Shown here: in pieces, positions 1 through 9,809 of the stretch | How the letters are laid out: each line of letters starts with the position of its first letter | How positions within the stretch are numbered: position 1 is the stretch's first letter | Assembly: GCA_041740355.1 (NCBI GenBank) | Contig: JBGSMD010000006.1 | Location: 64,001-128,000 of the forward strand | Source of the DNA: Bdellovibrionota bacterium | GTDB lineage: Bacteria; Bdellovibrionota_C; UBA2361; CALJRW01 | DNA length: 64,000 nt | Direction: 5' to 3' | The notes under the pieces: model-generated | What the model saw: the letters and a program-made list of their open reading frames with translations, nothing else | What the model was told of the DNA's origin: nothing | The model's database searches: none | Position numbers and translations under genes: made by a program

Positions 1-1584
1 ACGATCATTGTTGCCAGTGTTAGTTGTATTTATGGTTTGGGAGCTCCAGAAGAATATTTTAACTTAATGCTTTTTGTGGAAGATGGGGATCAAGTTGAAC
101 GCGATCAAATCGTTCAGCAATTAGTTTACATGCAGTATCAGCGAAGTGATTTAGAATTTAAACGAGGTACTTTTAGGGTTCGCGGAGATGTAATTGATGT
201 TTTCCCGGGAGATCAAGACACACTAGCCATCAGAATTGAATTATTTGGTGATGAAGTGGAAAGTCTTAGTTACATCGATCCACTCACTAGTAAGTTTTTA
301 AAAAAAGTAAAAAAAGTTGCCGTTTATCCCCTAAGTCACTTCTTAACAAGTCAGGAGTCGGTGAAGAAAGCAATTGTAGCTATTAAGGATGAACTAAATG
401 CTTGGCTTCCAGTCTTTCGAGCTCGCGGTAAAGGATTTGAAGCAGAGAGAATTAAACAGCGAACGCTTTATGACTTAGAATTATTTCAAGAAGTAGGATT
501 TTGTCCGGGAGTTGAAAACTACAGCCGACATTTAGCTGGAAGGGATGCGGGGGAATCACCAACGACTTTAATCGATTATTTTCCCGATGACTTTTTAGTC
601 ATTATCGACGAGTCTCATGTTACAGTCCCACAAATTGGTGGAATGTTTGCCGGAGATCGAGCACGGAAAACAAATCTTGTGGAGTATGGGTTTCGTTTGC
701 CATCCGCATTAGATAATCGACCCCTAAATAGTGACGAGTTTTGGGATCGTGCAAAACAAGTAATCTTTGTCTCGGCAACTCCTGGGGATCGAGAATTAGA
801 AAGATCTCAAGGCAAAACCTTTGCTCAGATTAATCGACCAACCGGATTATTAGATCCCGAAATTTCCATTCGTCCCGCTAAAAATCAAATTGACGATCTG
901 ACCCATGAGATTCGCCTAACAATTGAAAGAGGGGAGCGAGTAATTGTTACTACGCTTACCAAGAAAATGGCGGAAGATTTAGCTACCTATTTTCGGGAGA
1001 TAGATATTAACTGCCGTTATTTACATTCCGATGTAAAGACAATTGAAAGGGTCGAGATCATTAGGGGTCTTAGAAAAGGGGACTTTGATGTTTTAATAGG
1101 AATTAATTTACTGCGAGAAGGACTAGATTTAGTTGAAGTAAGTTTAGTCGCGATTTTAGATGCCGATAAGGAAGGCTTTTTAAGGTCAGAACGTTCTTTA
1201 ATTCAAACAGTTGGAAGAGCAGCTAGAAACTTAAATGGTCGAGCCATTCTTTACGCGGATAAAATGACGGGATCAATTCAGGCAACCTTAGATGAGACAA
1301 ATCGCCGGAGATTAATTCAGGCGAAGTATAATCTGGAGAATAATATTACACCAGTTTCTGCTAAAAGTTCAGTAGATGCTTCTATTTTTGAATCATTAGC
1401 TGACCTATCAGATCTTGTAAATGATCATCAAGAATTACCAAAAGATCCGAAAGAAATTTTAAAATTAATTAATCTGCAAAGAGAAAAAATGTTTCAGTTT
1501 GCCGCCAAGAAAGAATTTGAAGAAGCTGCAAAGGTACGGGATTTGATCTTTAAACTAGAAGAACTTTTATTAATTGCCGAGTAG
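1..1584 (+). CDS. uvrB: Excinuclease ABC subunit B (5'-truncated by window)
   Basis: Frame open from base 1 (TIIVASVSCIYGLG); motifs DESH, SATPG, GINLLREGLD, QTVGRAAR; C-terminal UVR domain (FEEAAKVRD). Confidence 0.98.
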   Translation, partial: TIIVASVSCIYGLGAPEEYFNLMLFVEDGDQVERDQIVQQLVYMQYQRSDLEFKRGTFRVRGDVIDVFPGDQDTLAIRIELFGDEVESLSYIDPLTSKFLKKVKKVAVYPLSHFLTSQESVKKAIVAIKDELNAWLPVFRARGKGFEAERIKQRTLYDLELFQEVGFCPGVENYSRHLAGRDAGESPTTLIDYFPDDFLVIIDESHVTVPQIGGMFAGDRARKTNLVEYGFRLPSALDNRPLNSDEFWDRAKQVIFVSATPGDRELERSQGKTFAQINRPTGLLDPEISIRPAKNQIDDLTHEIRLTIERGERVIVTTLTKKMAEDLATYFREIDINCRYLHSDVKTIERVEIIRGLRKGDFDVLIGINLLREGLDLVEVSLVAILDADKEGFLRSERSLIQTVGRAARNLNGRAILYADKMTGSIQATLDETNRRRLIQAKYNLENNITPVSAKSSVDASIFESLADLSDLVNDHQELPKDPKEILKLINLQREKMFQFAAKKEFEEAAKVRDLIFKLEELLLIAE

Positions 1585-1587
1585 TTA

Positions 1588-3441
1588 GTGACTGAGTCAA
1601 TGACCTTACTTTTTGACCAATTTAATGCCGGTGAGCGGGCCTTCTTAAATAACATGCCACGATCCTCCGGAGTTTACCTGATGAAAGATCAGGAAGCTAA
1701 AGTGGTCTATATTGGGAAAGCTAAAGATTTAAAAGTTCGTTTGAGTAGTTATTTTTTTGGAAGGGATGATCGCTATCAAATTAAATTTTTAATGCAGCGT
1801 GTCTATCAAATTCAAACGATTGTAACAGAAACTGAAGAGCAGTCGCTAATTTTAGAACGTGATTTAATCAATAAATATAAACCCCGTTATAACATTAGGC
1901 TAAAGGATGATAAAAATTACCTGAGTATTCGAGTTGATACTAATGCTGAGTGGCCGAGGGTAGAATTAGTGCGCCGAGTTGAAAATGATGGGGCAAAATA
2001 TTTTGGACCATATAGTTATAGTTATGAGGTTAGAGAATTAACGGAACTAATTCATCAAACAATTCCACTACGGACCTGTACTGATACGGTTTTTCACAAT
2101 CGTCAGCGTCCTTGTTTGGAATATCAAATTAAACGCTGTGCGGGGCCTTGTTGTTTAGCGGTTGATCCAAATCAATATGCTGATTGGGTGAAGCAAGCGA
2201 CTGCCTTGTTAAACGGACAAATCCAACCAATTGTGAAACAGTTAGAAACGCAAATGGAGCAGGCTAGTCAAAACTTATTTTTTGAAGATGCTGCTGTCGC
2301 TCGTGATCGAATTGAGATTTTAGAGAAGTTTAAACAAGGTCAGAAGTATATTTCTTCGGGGACTGAGAATCGCGATATCTTTGCCTTGTATCGCGAAGAA
2401 GGTTTGGCGGTAGTTGCTGTAATGCAGGTTCGTAATGGCAGAATTGCTTATAACAATAATTATCCTTTTGAATTAGTGGATTTGCCAGATGAGGATTTAA
2501 TGCAGTCAGTGATTGAGCAATATTATCTTGCTGGAAGGGATGTTCCAGAGGAGATTGTTTGTAATATCTTACCACTTAGTCCTGACTTTATTCAAAATCA
2601 TTTAAAGATTATTACTGGGCACAAAGTGCCAATTACAGAACCACAAAAAGGCTTGAAATTTCGTTTAGTTAATTTAGCTAAATTAAATGCTCAGAAATAT
2701 TTTGAGCTTAGATTTAACTCGGAGGTTGAATATCAAAATTTAGCACAAGAGTTAACAAAGCTTTGTAAACTAAAACAAGTACCACGCAGAATTGAGTGCC
2801 TCGATATTTCTAACTTGCAGGGGAGTGATATTGTCGGAGCAATTGTGAGCTTTTATGATGGCAAGCCAGATAAACAAAATTACCGCAAATATAAAATTAG
2901 CTTTCAGGATCAACCAAATGACTTTGCCGCCGTTAAGGAAGTGGTTAAACGTCGGATGCAATCAGCCATGGAAAATACTGATTTTCCAGATCTGCTAATT
3001 ATTGATGGTGGCCAAATCCAGCTTAAATATGCCATGGAAGCCTTGGATGAGTTAAAGATAAATCAGGAAATTATCTCCTTAGCTAAGGAGCGAGTTACTG
3101 AAGTTCGTAAATTTCGTGTTAGTAAGCCCGAAAGGATTTTCCTACCATATGCAACTACACCAATTGAACTACCAGCAGAACGTAAATTAACTAAGCTGAT
3201 TGCAGGTATTCGTGATGAAGTTCACCGATTCGTAATTACTTTTCACCGTACGCAAAGAGCTAAGCGGGTTTTTTCTTCAGCCTTGGATAATATTCCTGGA
3301 ATTGGAGCAAAGCGTAAAACATTACTGTTAAAAGCTTTTGGAAGTATTGAAGAAATTAAAAATGCTTCAATCGAAGAAATAGCTCAAACTGGTCGAATGA
3401 ATTTACAACTAGCGGAAACTTTACTGCAAAAATTGCGATAA
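1588..3441 (+). CDS. uvrC: Excinuclease ABC subunit C
   Basis: GIY-YIG (GVYLM..YIGKAK), Cys-rich CLEYQIKRCAGPC, RIECLDISN, DLLIIDGG, C-terminal HhH (IPGIG); follows uvrB. Confidence 0.98.
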   Translation: MTESMTLLFDQFNAGERAFLNNMPRSSGVYLMKDQEAKVVYIGKAKDLKVRLSSYFFGRDDRYQIKFLMQRVYQIQTIVTETEEQSLILERDLINKYKPRYNIRLKDDKNYLSIRVDTNAEWPRVELVRRVENDGAKYFGPYSYSYEVRELTELIHQTIPLRTCTDTVFHNRQRPCLEYQIKRCAGPCCLAVDPNQYADWVKQATALLNGQIQPIVKQLETQMEQASQNLFFEDAAVARDRIEILEKFKQGQKYISSGTENRDIFALYREEGLAVVAVMQVRNGRIAYNNNYPFELVDLPDEDLMQSVIEQYYLAGRDVPEEIVCNILPLSPDFIQNHLKIITGHKVPITEPQKGLKFRLVNLAKLNAQKYFELRFNSEVEYQNLAQELTKLCKLKQVPRRIECLDISNLQGSDIVGAIVSFYDGKPDKQNYRKYKISFQDQPNDFAAVKEVVKRRMQSAMENTDFPDLLIIDGGQIQLKYAMEALDELKINQEIISLAKERVTEVRKFRVSKPERIFLPYATTPIELPAERKLTKLIAGIRDEVHRFVITFHRTQRAKRVFSSALDNIPGIGAKRKTLLLKAFGSIEEIKNASIEEIAQTGRMNLQLAETLLQKLR

Positions 3442-4128
3442 CTGATTCACTGCTAACTGAAATTTTAAAAATTGTTGATTAGCACCTGCTAATCGATAGC
3501 TCACATTCTTAGGAATTTGATTTAAGTTTTTGAGTCGTGTTGTTTGGCTAGGATGCTCTGAAACCCCATGTCCTGGTTGTAGTTCATAAAGACGATTAAT
3601 TGCGGAATAAGCAGCAGATATCGGACGATTAGTTGCAACCAGTAAGTTACTAGCCATTAAGTCAGCATTAAGCTCTTGTTCTAAATTTCCCTGTCTATTG
3701 GGATTGGCGCGCAAATCGCAATTCGTAATATGAGCATTTTCGTGTGCTAAGACAAAAAAGAGTTCGTCTTCTGAATTTAGTTTAGAAATTAAACCACTCG
3801 AAATTAAAATTTGTGCTTTGTTTGTTGTCAGAGCAAAAGGCTGTCGGCGGTCGGCAATTACGACGTTTGAAGGTTGTACGCACTTATGAGAATAAATTCG
3901 GGATAGTTTTTCTTGGATTTGTTGATTTAAGGCAAAAAGATAGCGCTTGGTCTCATAGTCATTAATAAATTCAAAACTTTTTTGATAAAATGCTTCTTCT
4001 GCTAGTGCGTTTGCAGATGTTGATTGGGCAGCGTCATCTTGAGTTGTAATATTAGTACAGGCGAAGAAATATGTAAGTATGGAACAGAATAAAATTAGTG
4101 GAAGAAAACGAAGAGGGGAGTGTCTCAT
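3421..4128 (-). CDS. M48 family metallopeptidase, probable lipoprotein
   Basis: HExxH (AHENAH), ELNAD and SEHP motifs; lipobox-like FFAC after a hydrophobic stretch; start moved to ATG at 4128 (MRHSPL). Confidence 0.8.
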   Translation of the reverse strand: MRHSPLRFLPLILFCSILTYFFACTNITTQDDAAQSTSANALAEEAFYQKSFEFINDYETKRYLFALNQQIQEKLSRIYSHKCVQPSNVVIADRRQPFALTTNKAQILISSGLISKLNSEDELFFVLAHENAHITNCDLRANPNRQGNLEQELNADLMASNLLVATNRPISAAYSAINRLYELQPGHGVSEHPSQTTRLKNLNQIPKNVSYRLAGANQQFLKFQLAVNQLSQFLQ

Positions 4129-5633
4129 TGTTGCGTAAGATTTACCTTGTGTTCCAGAGAATAATATTAAAAGCGAAAAGACGCTATCCCTTGATCCTAC
4201 CAATTATACTGCTAGTTCTAATTCAGGAAATCAGTATTTCCGATCAGTGGACATTAATTTTATATATTGTCTCATTAATCTTCTTGCTTGTTCTTGTACG
4301 AACGGCCTACAGATTCGTCTTTATATTTGGCTTGCTACTTTTCGGATGGCTGACTGCTGAACATAGTAATCCAAATTTTGTTAGGCATTCTGCAAGCGGA
4401 GTGTTGGTTAAATTGGAAGCAAGTCCCAAGGTCCAAAAAGTTCGTGACTTGCAATTAAGTTTTCAGGTAATAGATCCTGGATCAGATTTGCAATTAGTAA
4501 AGAATGCGCGACTTTTTTGCCAAAGTGTTAGCTTAGTTGATAATAATGCTAACTTATTAGAGGCTAAACAACATTATTTAATTTCCGGCCAATTTGAGCC
4601 GTTAAGTTTAAATGCTGACAATGCCTATGAGCGAAATTTAATTCTCCGGGGCTATCAAGGCAAGTGTCGGATTAATTATTTAGCTCCACTAAGAGTAACA
4701 AATCGATCTGCTATTCAAAGAGTCAAAGATCGAATTCTTTTCCAAGCAGTTAGTAATAATATAATTGATGATTCACAAGCGCTGTTTTTATCAATGTCCA
4801 TTGGATTTGATGCCCAATTAAGCTTATCGCAGATTCAAACTTTTAAAGAGCTTGGTTTGGCCCACTTGTTGGTTGTTTCTGGATTTCAAGTCACTTTAAT
4901 TTTTTATTTCATTCAAGTAATTTTTTTAAAAATCTTACTAATCAGTCGCTGGTTAGCGTCTCATTTCAATCTAGCCGCATGGTCCAGTTGCGTAGCAATA
5001 ATTGTTAGCTATCACTATGCACTGCTAGTTGGCTTTGATAGTGCCTCAACTAGAGCAGTCATCGCCTTAGTCTTACTCGTGGTTACAAAAGTATTAGATC
5101 GCAATGTAAGTTTTCAAAATGTAATTCTTAGTACGTTTTTTATTGATTTAATCTTGAATCCCTACTGCTATCGACAGCCAGGATCTCAATTGACTTATTT
5201 TGCCTTGCTAGGGATTGCCTTGGGGCATCAGCCAGGGCTTGGAACTATTGCAAATTTAATACGTGTAAATTTCTGTACGACTATTTCCACAGGAATAATT
5301 AGTATAATCTGGTTTAATCAGTTTTACTTAGTAACTTTTTTTGCAAATTTACTAATTGCACCAATTGCTACCCTGGTAAGCTGCCAGCTAGGTTTTATAG
5401 CATTAATCTTACTTTATTTTGGTTATCATTGGCTGTTTGATTTCTGTGTTTTTTTAACTTCATATCTAAGTGAAGTTTCTAAAGTAGCCAGTGAGTTGTT
5501 TTCTCGAAATATTAGCAGCAGCTATCTTTTGTTAGGTTTAATTCTTCTTTGGTTTTTTATTTGTGGATATCGGATAGTACTTTATTATCGTACTTGTTTG
5601 TTGCGTCCGCACCTTTTTGGAAGCGCTAAATAA
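4098..5633 (+). CDS. comEC: ComEC/Rec2 family competence channel (no C-terminal metallo-beta-lactamase domain)
   Basis: GLAHLLVVSGFQV, ASTRA and QPGSQLTY competence-domain motifs; many TM segments. True start probably downstream of 4128. Confidence 0.85.
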   Translation: MEENEEGSVSLLRKIYLVFQRIILKAKRRYPLILPIILLVLIQEISISDQWTLILYIVSLIFLLVLVRTAYRFVFIFGLLLFGWLTAEHSNPNFVRHSASGVLVKLEASPKVQKVRDLQLSFQVIDPGSDLQLVKNARLFCQSVSLVDNNANLLEAKQHYLISGQFEPLSLNADNAYERNLILRGYQGKCRINYLAPLRVTNRSAIQRVKDRILFQAVSNNIIDDSQALFLSMSIGFDAQLSLSQIQTFKELGLAHLLVVSGFQVTLIFYFIQVIFLKILLISRWLASHFNLAAWSSCVAIIVSYHYALLVGFDSASTRAVIALVLLVVTKVLDRNVSFQNVILSTFFIDLILNPYCYRQPGSQLTYFALLGIALGHQPGLGTIANLIRVNFCTTISTGIISIIWFNQFYLVTFFANLLIAPIATLVSCQLGFIALILLYFGYHWLFDFCVFLTSYLSEVSKVASELFSRNISSSYLLLGLILLWFFICGYRIVLYYRTCLLRPHLFGSAK

Positions 5634-5680
5634 CGCTTTTGTTAACAATTTTCTTTGGTTTACGAAAAGGGAAGAATGAA

Positions 5681-6637
5681 TTATCTAAAACTTAATTTAG
5701 AATGAAAGCTAAGTGGGGCAGCTTTTGGCGCAGCTTGTTGTTCAGATGGCTTGGAACACATGGCGTTAAAAAGATCATCGATTGAATTAATCTTATGATT
5801 TTTTACAGTAAAATGTTGAAAGTCATAATTAATTAAAACATTTTCCGGGCTAATTTGAGAAGCAATAATTCTGATTTTATTTTCATAGAAAGCACTCATC
5901 ATATTATCCAAAACGATAATTGTTTCTCCACTTGGAGAATGAATTACGGGGTAATTAGGAGGCAATACCTGTTGAATTAGACGTTGCATCTTTTGGAAGA
6001 TAGAAAGCGTTTGAGGAAAGCCAACTTCTTTTTCTAAGTCGCTAGAATTGATTAGTTTTAATCTTAAGATTTCCACTGAGCTAGCGCCAAGTTTATTTAA
6101 TAATTTTTCGGCACGAACGTAGAATTCAGCAAAATCTAAATTTTCAATTTTATTGGCATTGGAATTTTTTTCAAGCTCAATCACGCTAGAAATTAGTCCA
6201 GAAGCTTTTTGTAATGAAGCGCGAAGTTCCGTCGTAAAGAAATCTAAAGATGGACTGTCGCAATACAGCACAGGTGAGGCATCCAAGTTGTAAGTATCGG
6301 CATTCTCTCTTAAGATCGGTAAACCGATAATGCTTTGAACGGGACAATCGTAGTGATAGAAGCCGAGTGATCGAGCAGTATTGTTAAATGGTGAGGCACT
6401 TGCAGGCTGGTGGTTTTTAGAGATCCAACCAATAAATCCCGCTCCTGACTTGGAGAGGAAGCGACGATCTACTTTTTGGTCTGAAGCTAGGCCAGCTAAG
6501 CTAAGAACAGTGGAAGATTCTGCCTGTTCACCTTTTGGGTTTTTGATTGGATTGAAAATTAAGACACTCTGAGCGCCAGAGAAGTCCTTAATAAGTTCGG
6601 CAATTTGATCTAAATTATTGTTTAACTCTTGAGCCAT
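5681..6637 (-). CDS. GAF domain protein with degenerate GGDEF-like C-terminus
   Basis: GAGFIGWISKNHQP..SIIGLPI..VLYCDS is GAF-like; C-terminal pattern follows the GGDEF fold but has SPSGE instead of GGDEF. Confidence 0.6.
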   Translation of the reverse strand: MAQELNNNLDQIAELIKDFSGAQSVLIFNPIKNPKGEQAESSTVLSLAGLASDQKVDRRFLSKSGAGFIGWISKNHQPASASPFNNTARSLGFYHYDCPVQSIIGLPILRENADTYNLDASPVLYCDSPSLDFFTTELRASLQKASGLISSVIELEKNSNANKIENLDFAEFYVRAEKLLNKLGASSVEILRLKLINSSDLEKEVGFPQTLSIFQKMQRLIQQVLPPNYPVIHSPSGETIIVLDNMMSAFYENKIRIIASQISPENVLINYDFQHFTVKNHKINSIDDLFNAMCSKPSEQQAAPKAAPLSFHSKLSFR

Positions 6638-6752
6638 CGAAAAACTAAAAAAACCAATAGTACAAAAAATATTTATACTACAAATAGTTTAAAGTAAAAA
6701 GATGGTATTTAAAAAAAAGTGAAATTTTTTAATTAGATAGAAGCTGTTAACA

Positions 6753-6782
6753 CCTGAATTGATCATTTTGGATCAATTCAGG
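6753..6782 (-). terminator. Perfect hairpin downstream of rne
   Basis: cctgaattgatc-attttg-gatcaattcagg, 12-bp stem just after the rne stop; weak U-tract. Confidence 0.5.
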
Positions 6783-6790
6783 ATCTGGAA

Positions 6791-8341
6791 TTACTCTTCT
6801 TCTTGTTCTGCCAGTTCAATTTCCTGTTTTACAGGAGCTGATTTTGGAGGAGTCGGAGCCGATTCCATTTCAAACTCAACGGAATCTGGTAACAGACTGT
6901 TATCTGCTAAAATGTAGATCAGTGCACCGTATTGTTCTTCAAGTGCAACCAACTCTGATTTTTTATTATTCAAAATAAAAAGTGCCGGAGATGGGGAAAG
7001 ACGACATTTTACAATTCGAATTCCACCAACGATGATTGCCGACTGAATTTTTCGAAGTACCTCAAGCGCTACTACGCTGGCACTCTTGATAAATCCTCGC
7101 CCTTGGCAGTGTTGGCAGGTGATTGTGCTTTTTCCGATAATCGAAGCCCGGAGTCTCTGGCGAGACATCTCCAGCAAGCCAAATTTAGATAATTGTCCCA
7201 ATTCAATTCTGGCTTTATCGATCTTAACTGCCTCTTGCAGTTCTCTTTCCACCGCGGTGCGATTTTTTAGGCTAATCATATCAATAAAATCGATAACTAT
7301 TAGTCCACCAAGATCTCGTAGGCGCAATTGTCGAGCAATTTCGCGTGCAGCTTCTAAATTAGTACGGTAGGCAGTTTCTTCGATACCATCTCCCGAAGTT
7401 GACTTTCCGGAGTTAACATCAATTGCCACTAAAGCTTCAAGGGAATCAATCACAATTGAGCCCCCAGATTTTAAAGCTACTTCTCGCTTCATGGTATTCT
7501 CAACCTGACTATCAATGTTGTGTGTAGTGAAGATTGGTTGAGTATTGGCATAATGCTTCACACGGGAGCGATAGCGGGGCATGGTTTCACCAACGAAATT
7601 TTTCACTCTTTCATAAGTGTTATGATCGTCAATTAGGATTTCCCTGATTTCAGGAGTAAAATAATCTCGAATTACACGAATCGCTGAATCGCTTTCCTGA
7701 TAAAGCAGTGCAGGCATATCTTTGCTCTTAGAGTTGGTAATAATCTTCTCCCAAAGCTTTAATTGGATATCTAAGTCACGGCTTAAATCAGTTAATGATC
7801 GATCTATTCCAGCAGTACGGATAATCATACCCATGCCAGTTGGAAGCTCTAATTCAGAGTAGATCTTATTTAGTCTAGATCTTTGGCTAGATGATTTAAT
7901 TTTTTTAGACATTCCCGAGCTGTCTGAGCCAGGCATTAAAACGATATATCTTCCAGGAAGGGAAAGGTAAGTAGTAAGGGTGGCACCTTTAACTCCTCGT
8001 TCTTCTTTTACAACTTGAACAATAATCTCTTGTCCAGTTTTTAAAACTCTTTGAATTGGAATCTTCTGGTGTCGTTTTTTCTGGTAACTCTCATCTAGAA
8101 AGTAAGAGGGGTGAACATCATTGATTTGTAAGAAAGCATTACGCTTGGTTCCAATATCTATGAAAGCGGCCTGCAAACTAGGTTCAATTCGGGTAATTCT
8201 AGTTTTATAGATATTACCTTTAAGTTTTTTGTTAGCATTTATTGAATCTGATTGCAGTTCAACAAGTTCTTTGCCTTGCACGATAGCAATTCGCATATCT
8301 TCCGGGTGCAATGCATTAATAAGCATTTTTTGTGCGTCCAT
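6791..8341 (-). CDS. rne: Ribonuclease E/G family (catalytic domain only)
   Basis: GNIYK..EPSLQAAFIDIG S1 region, AIDVNSG, LRDLGGLIVIDFIDM, Zn-link CQHCQGRG. Confidence 0.95.
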   Translation of the reverse strand: MDAQKMLINALHPEDMRIAIVQGKELVELQSDSINANKKLKGNIYKTRITRIEPSLQAAFIDIGTKRNAFLQINDVHPSYFLDESYQKKRHQKIPIQRVLKTGQEIIVQVVKEERGVKGATLTTYLSLPGRYIVLMPGSDSSGMSKKIKSSSQRSRLNKIYSELELPTGMGMIIRTAGIDRSLTDLSRDLDIQLKLWEKIITNSKSKDMPALLYQESDSAIRVIRDYFTPEIREILIDDHNTYERVKNFVGETMPRYRSRVKHYANTQPIFTTHNIDSQVENTMKREVALKSGGSIVIDSLEALVAIDVNSGKSTSGDGIEETAYRTNLEAAREIARQLRLRDLGGLIVIDFIDMISLKNRTAVERELQEAVKIDKARIELGQLSKFGLLEMSRQRLRASIIGKSTITCQHCQGRGFIKSASVVALEVLRKIQSAIIVGGIRIVKCRLSPSPALFILNNKKSELVALEEQYGALIYILADNSLLPDSVEFEMESAPTPPKSAPVKQEIELAEQEEE

Positions 8342-8441
8342 TTGTGTAATCCTATGTGGTCGAGCAGATCCCTAGATGCCAAGCATTTGAGTTGGAATTT
8401 ATAATTTCTAGAATGAATATTAAGCGGGAAAGAAATCATTA

Positions 8442-8586
8442 TAAACCTTCTTGTTATCATTTTTGAAAATATCAAATAAAACATAGGAGGGTTTGGTGTT
8501 ATTTTCTACGGCAAAAAATGGCTGAGCCATTATTTTGCTCGCCCACTGGCATTCATTTTTGTCAAAAATGAACGCCAGTGGGTTTA
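8442..8586 (+). repeat. Intergenic palindromic element, family B copy
   Basis: TAAACC..GGTTTA ends; core ttctacggcaaaaaatggc..gccattattttgctcgccc nearly identical to the core of 37475..37616. Confidence 0.8.
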
Positions 8587-8625
8587 CACTAAATTTCAAA
8601 AATCCTTACCAAGCATATTAAATAT

Positions 8626-8740
8626 ACGGCGAGTAAAAATACTCGGACTGTCCTCCAAAGCTTTCTTGTCCTCCAAAGCCTTAGCGACGGAGGAAGCGAC
8701 GGAAGATTTCCAGTTTTGTACCGCTAAAAACAACATAAAT
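8626..8740 (-). repeat. Diverged family B copy carrying a self-nested 30-nt palindrome
   Basis: Minus strand gttgtttttagcggtacaaaa..tttttactcgcc; cttgtcctccaaagccttagcgacggagga (8665-8694) sits inside a second copy of itself. Confidence 0.65.
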
Positions 8741-8988
8741 AGTGTTTCTTTCGATGCTTGATAAAGGCAAAGACTCTTTGATAACACTAAAATTGTCTAA
8801 CTATCGTGGAAACTGATCAACCAAAGATGTAACCATCCAAATTTCTATCGAAATTTAGCTATAAGTTACAATAAAATCTGTTAGTTAGCTTAATCTGATA
8901 AGCCAAACATAATCATATATTAAATGCACTGTTTAGACAAATGTTTTCTTTTTTGGAGTATTAATCCCCCGGAAAAGACAATTATACT

Positions 8989-9130
8989 TAATAAGTCCCC
9001 AAAGTAATTTCCGTTCAGAATTACTTTTTGGGGCTTACTATCTTCCTGAGGGGTAATAAAATCATATGGTTATGATAAAAAACGCTAAAATTACTTTTAA
9101 ACATTTGGAAATCATTTTTTCATAAATATA
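8989..9130 (+). repeat. Intergenic palindromic element, family A copy
   Basis: aagtccccaaagtaatttcc..gaattactttttggggcttactatc plus two further hairpins; matches 50365, 60747, 46727, 42094, 29712. Confidence 0.85.
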
Positions 9131-9205
9131 AATGTCGATTTCGTGTTACATTTTGCATCTTTTAAAGCATAATTTTGTTTGATACCATATTTTTATGTCG
9201 TTAAT

Positions 9206-9601
9206 ATGTCATTACAATCCGAAGGATACTATTTCATGAATACTTTGCCTGTTAACCAAAAGCGGGTAGATACTTTCAAATTGGTTGTACAGTTTGGAGA
9301 GCATAAAGGTAAGGAATTTATTCTTCCCAAAGGAGAAATTATCTTAGGTCGTTGGGATCCTGAATCGGGTTCGTTTCCTGAAATTAACTTGGAATTAGTC
9401 GATGTCGAAGCACGTATTTCCAGAAGACATGCACGAATTCAGGTTGAGCCAGGTAGAGTCTTGCTAGAAGATTTAAATAGCCTAAATGGTACCTATGTTA
9501 ATCGAGGTGATAAATTAGCTCCAGGGATACGTTGTAGTTTACAATTAAATGATGAAATTATTTTAGGAAAAACTATTTTTAAATTGAAATCGGCAGATTA
9601 A
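9206..9601 (+). CDS. Single FHA domain protein
   Basis: LGR..ISRRHA..EDLNSLNGTYVN FHA signature; start uncertain (9179/9206/9236). Confidence 0.9.
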   Translation: MSLQSEGYYFMNTLPVNQKRVDTFKLVVQFGEHKGKEFILPKGEIILGRWDPESGSFPEINLELVDVEARISRRHARIQVEPGRVLLEDLNSLNGTYVNRGDKLAPGIRCSLQLNDEIILGKTIFKLKSAD

Positions 9602-9809
9602 TTCTAATCCTAAGGCAACAGAAATTTGATAGTTTTTGTGATGTCGCCTGTTTTTCTTCTTTCTCTTTAGCCCATGCTTTCTTATTTCTTTGTGGACAAT
9701 TAACTTAAAGTTACTTATAGTAAGTCTCAAGTTTTGGTGGAAGTTTCGGTGCTTATATTAATCTTCCTAACCAATCGAAACAATTAATCTTTCTAGCATG
9801 TAAGTTCGT

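Noticed and set aside
8596-8787. Short ORFs 8596..8787, 18281..18469 and 51405..51692
   Set aside because: They are translations of palindromic repeat elements, not plausible genes.
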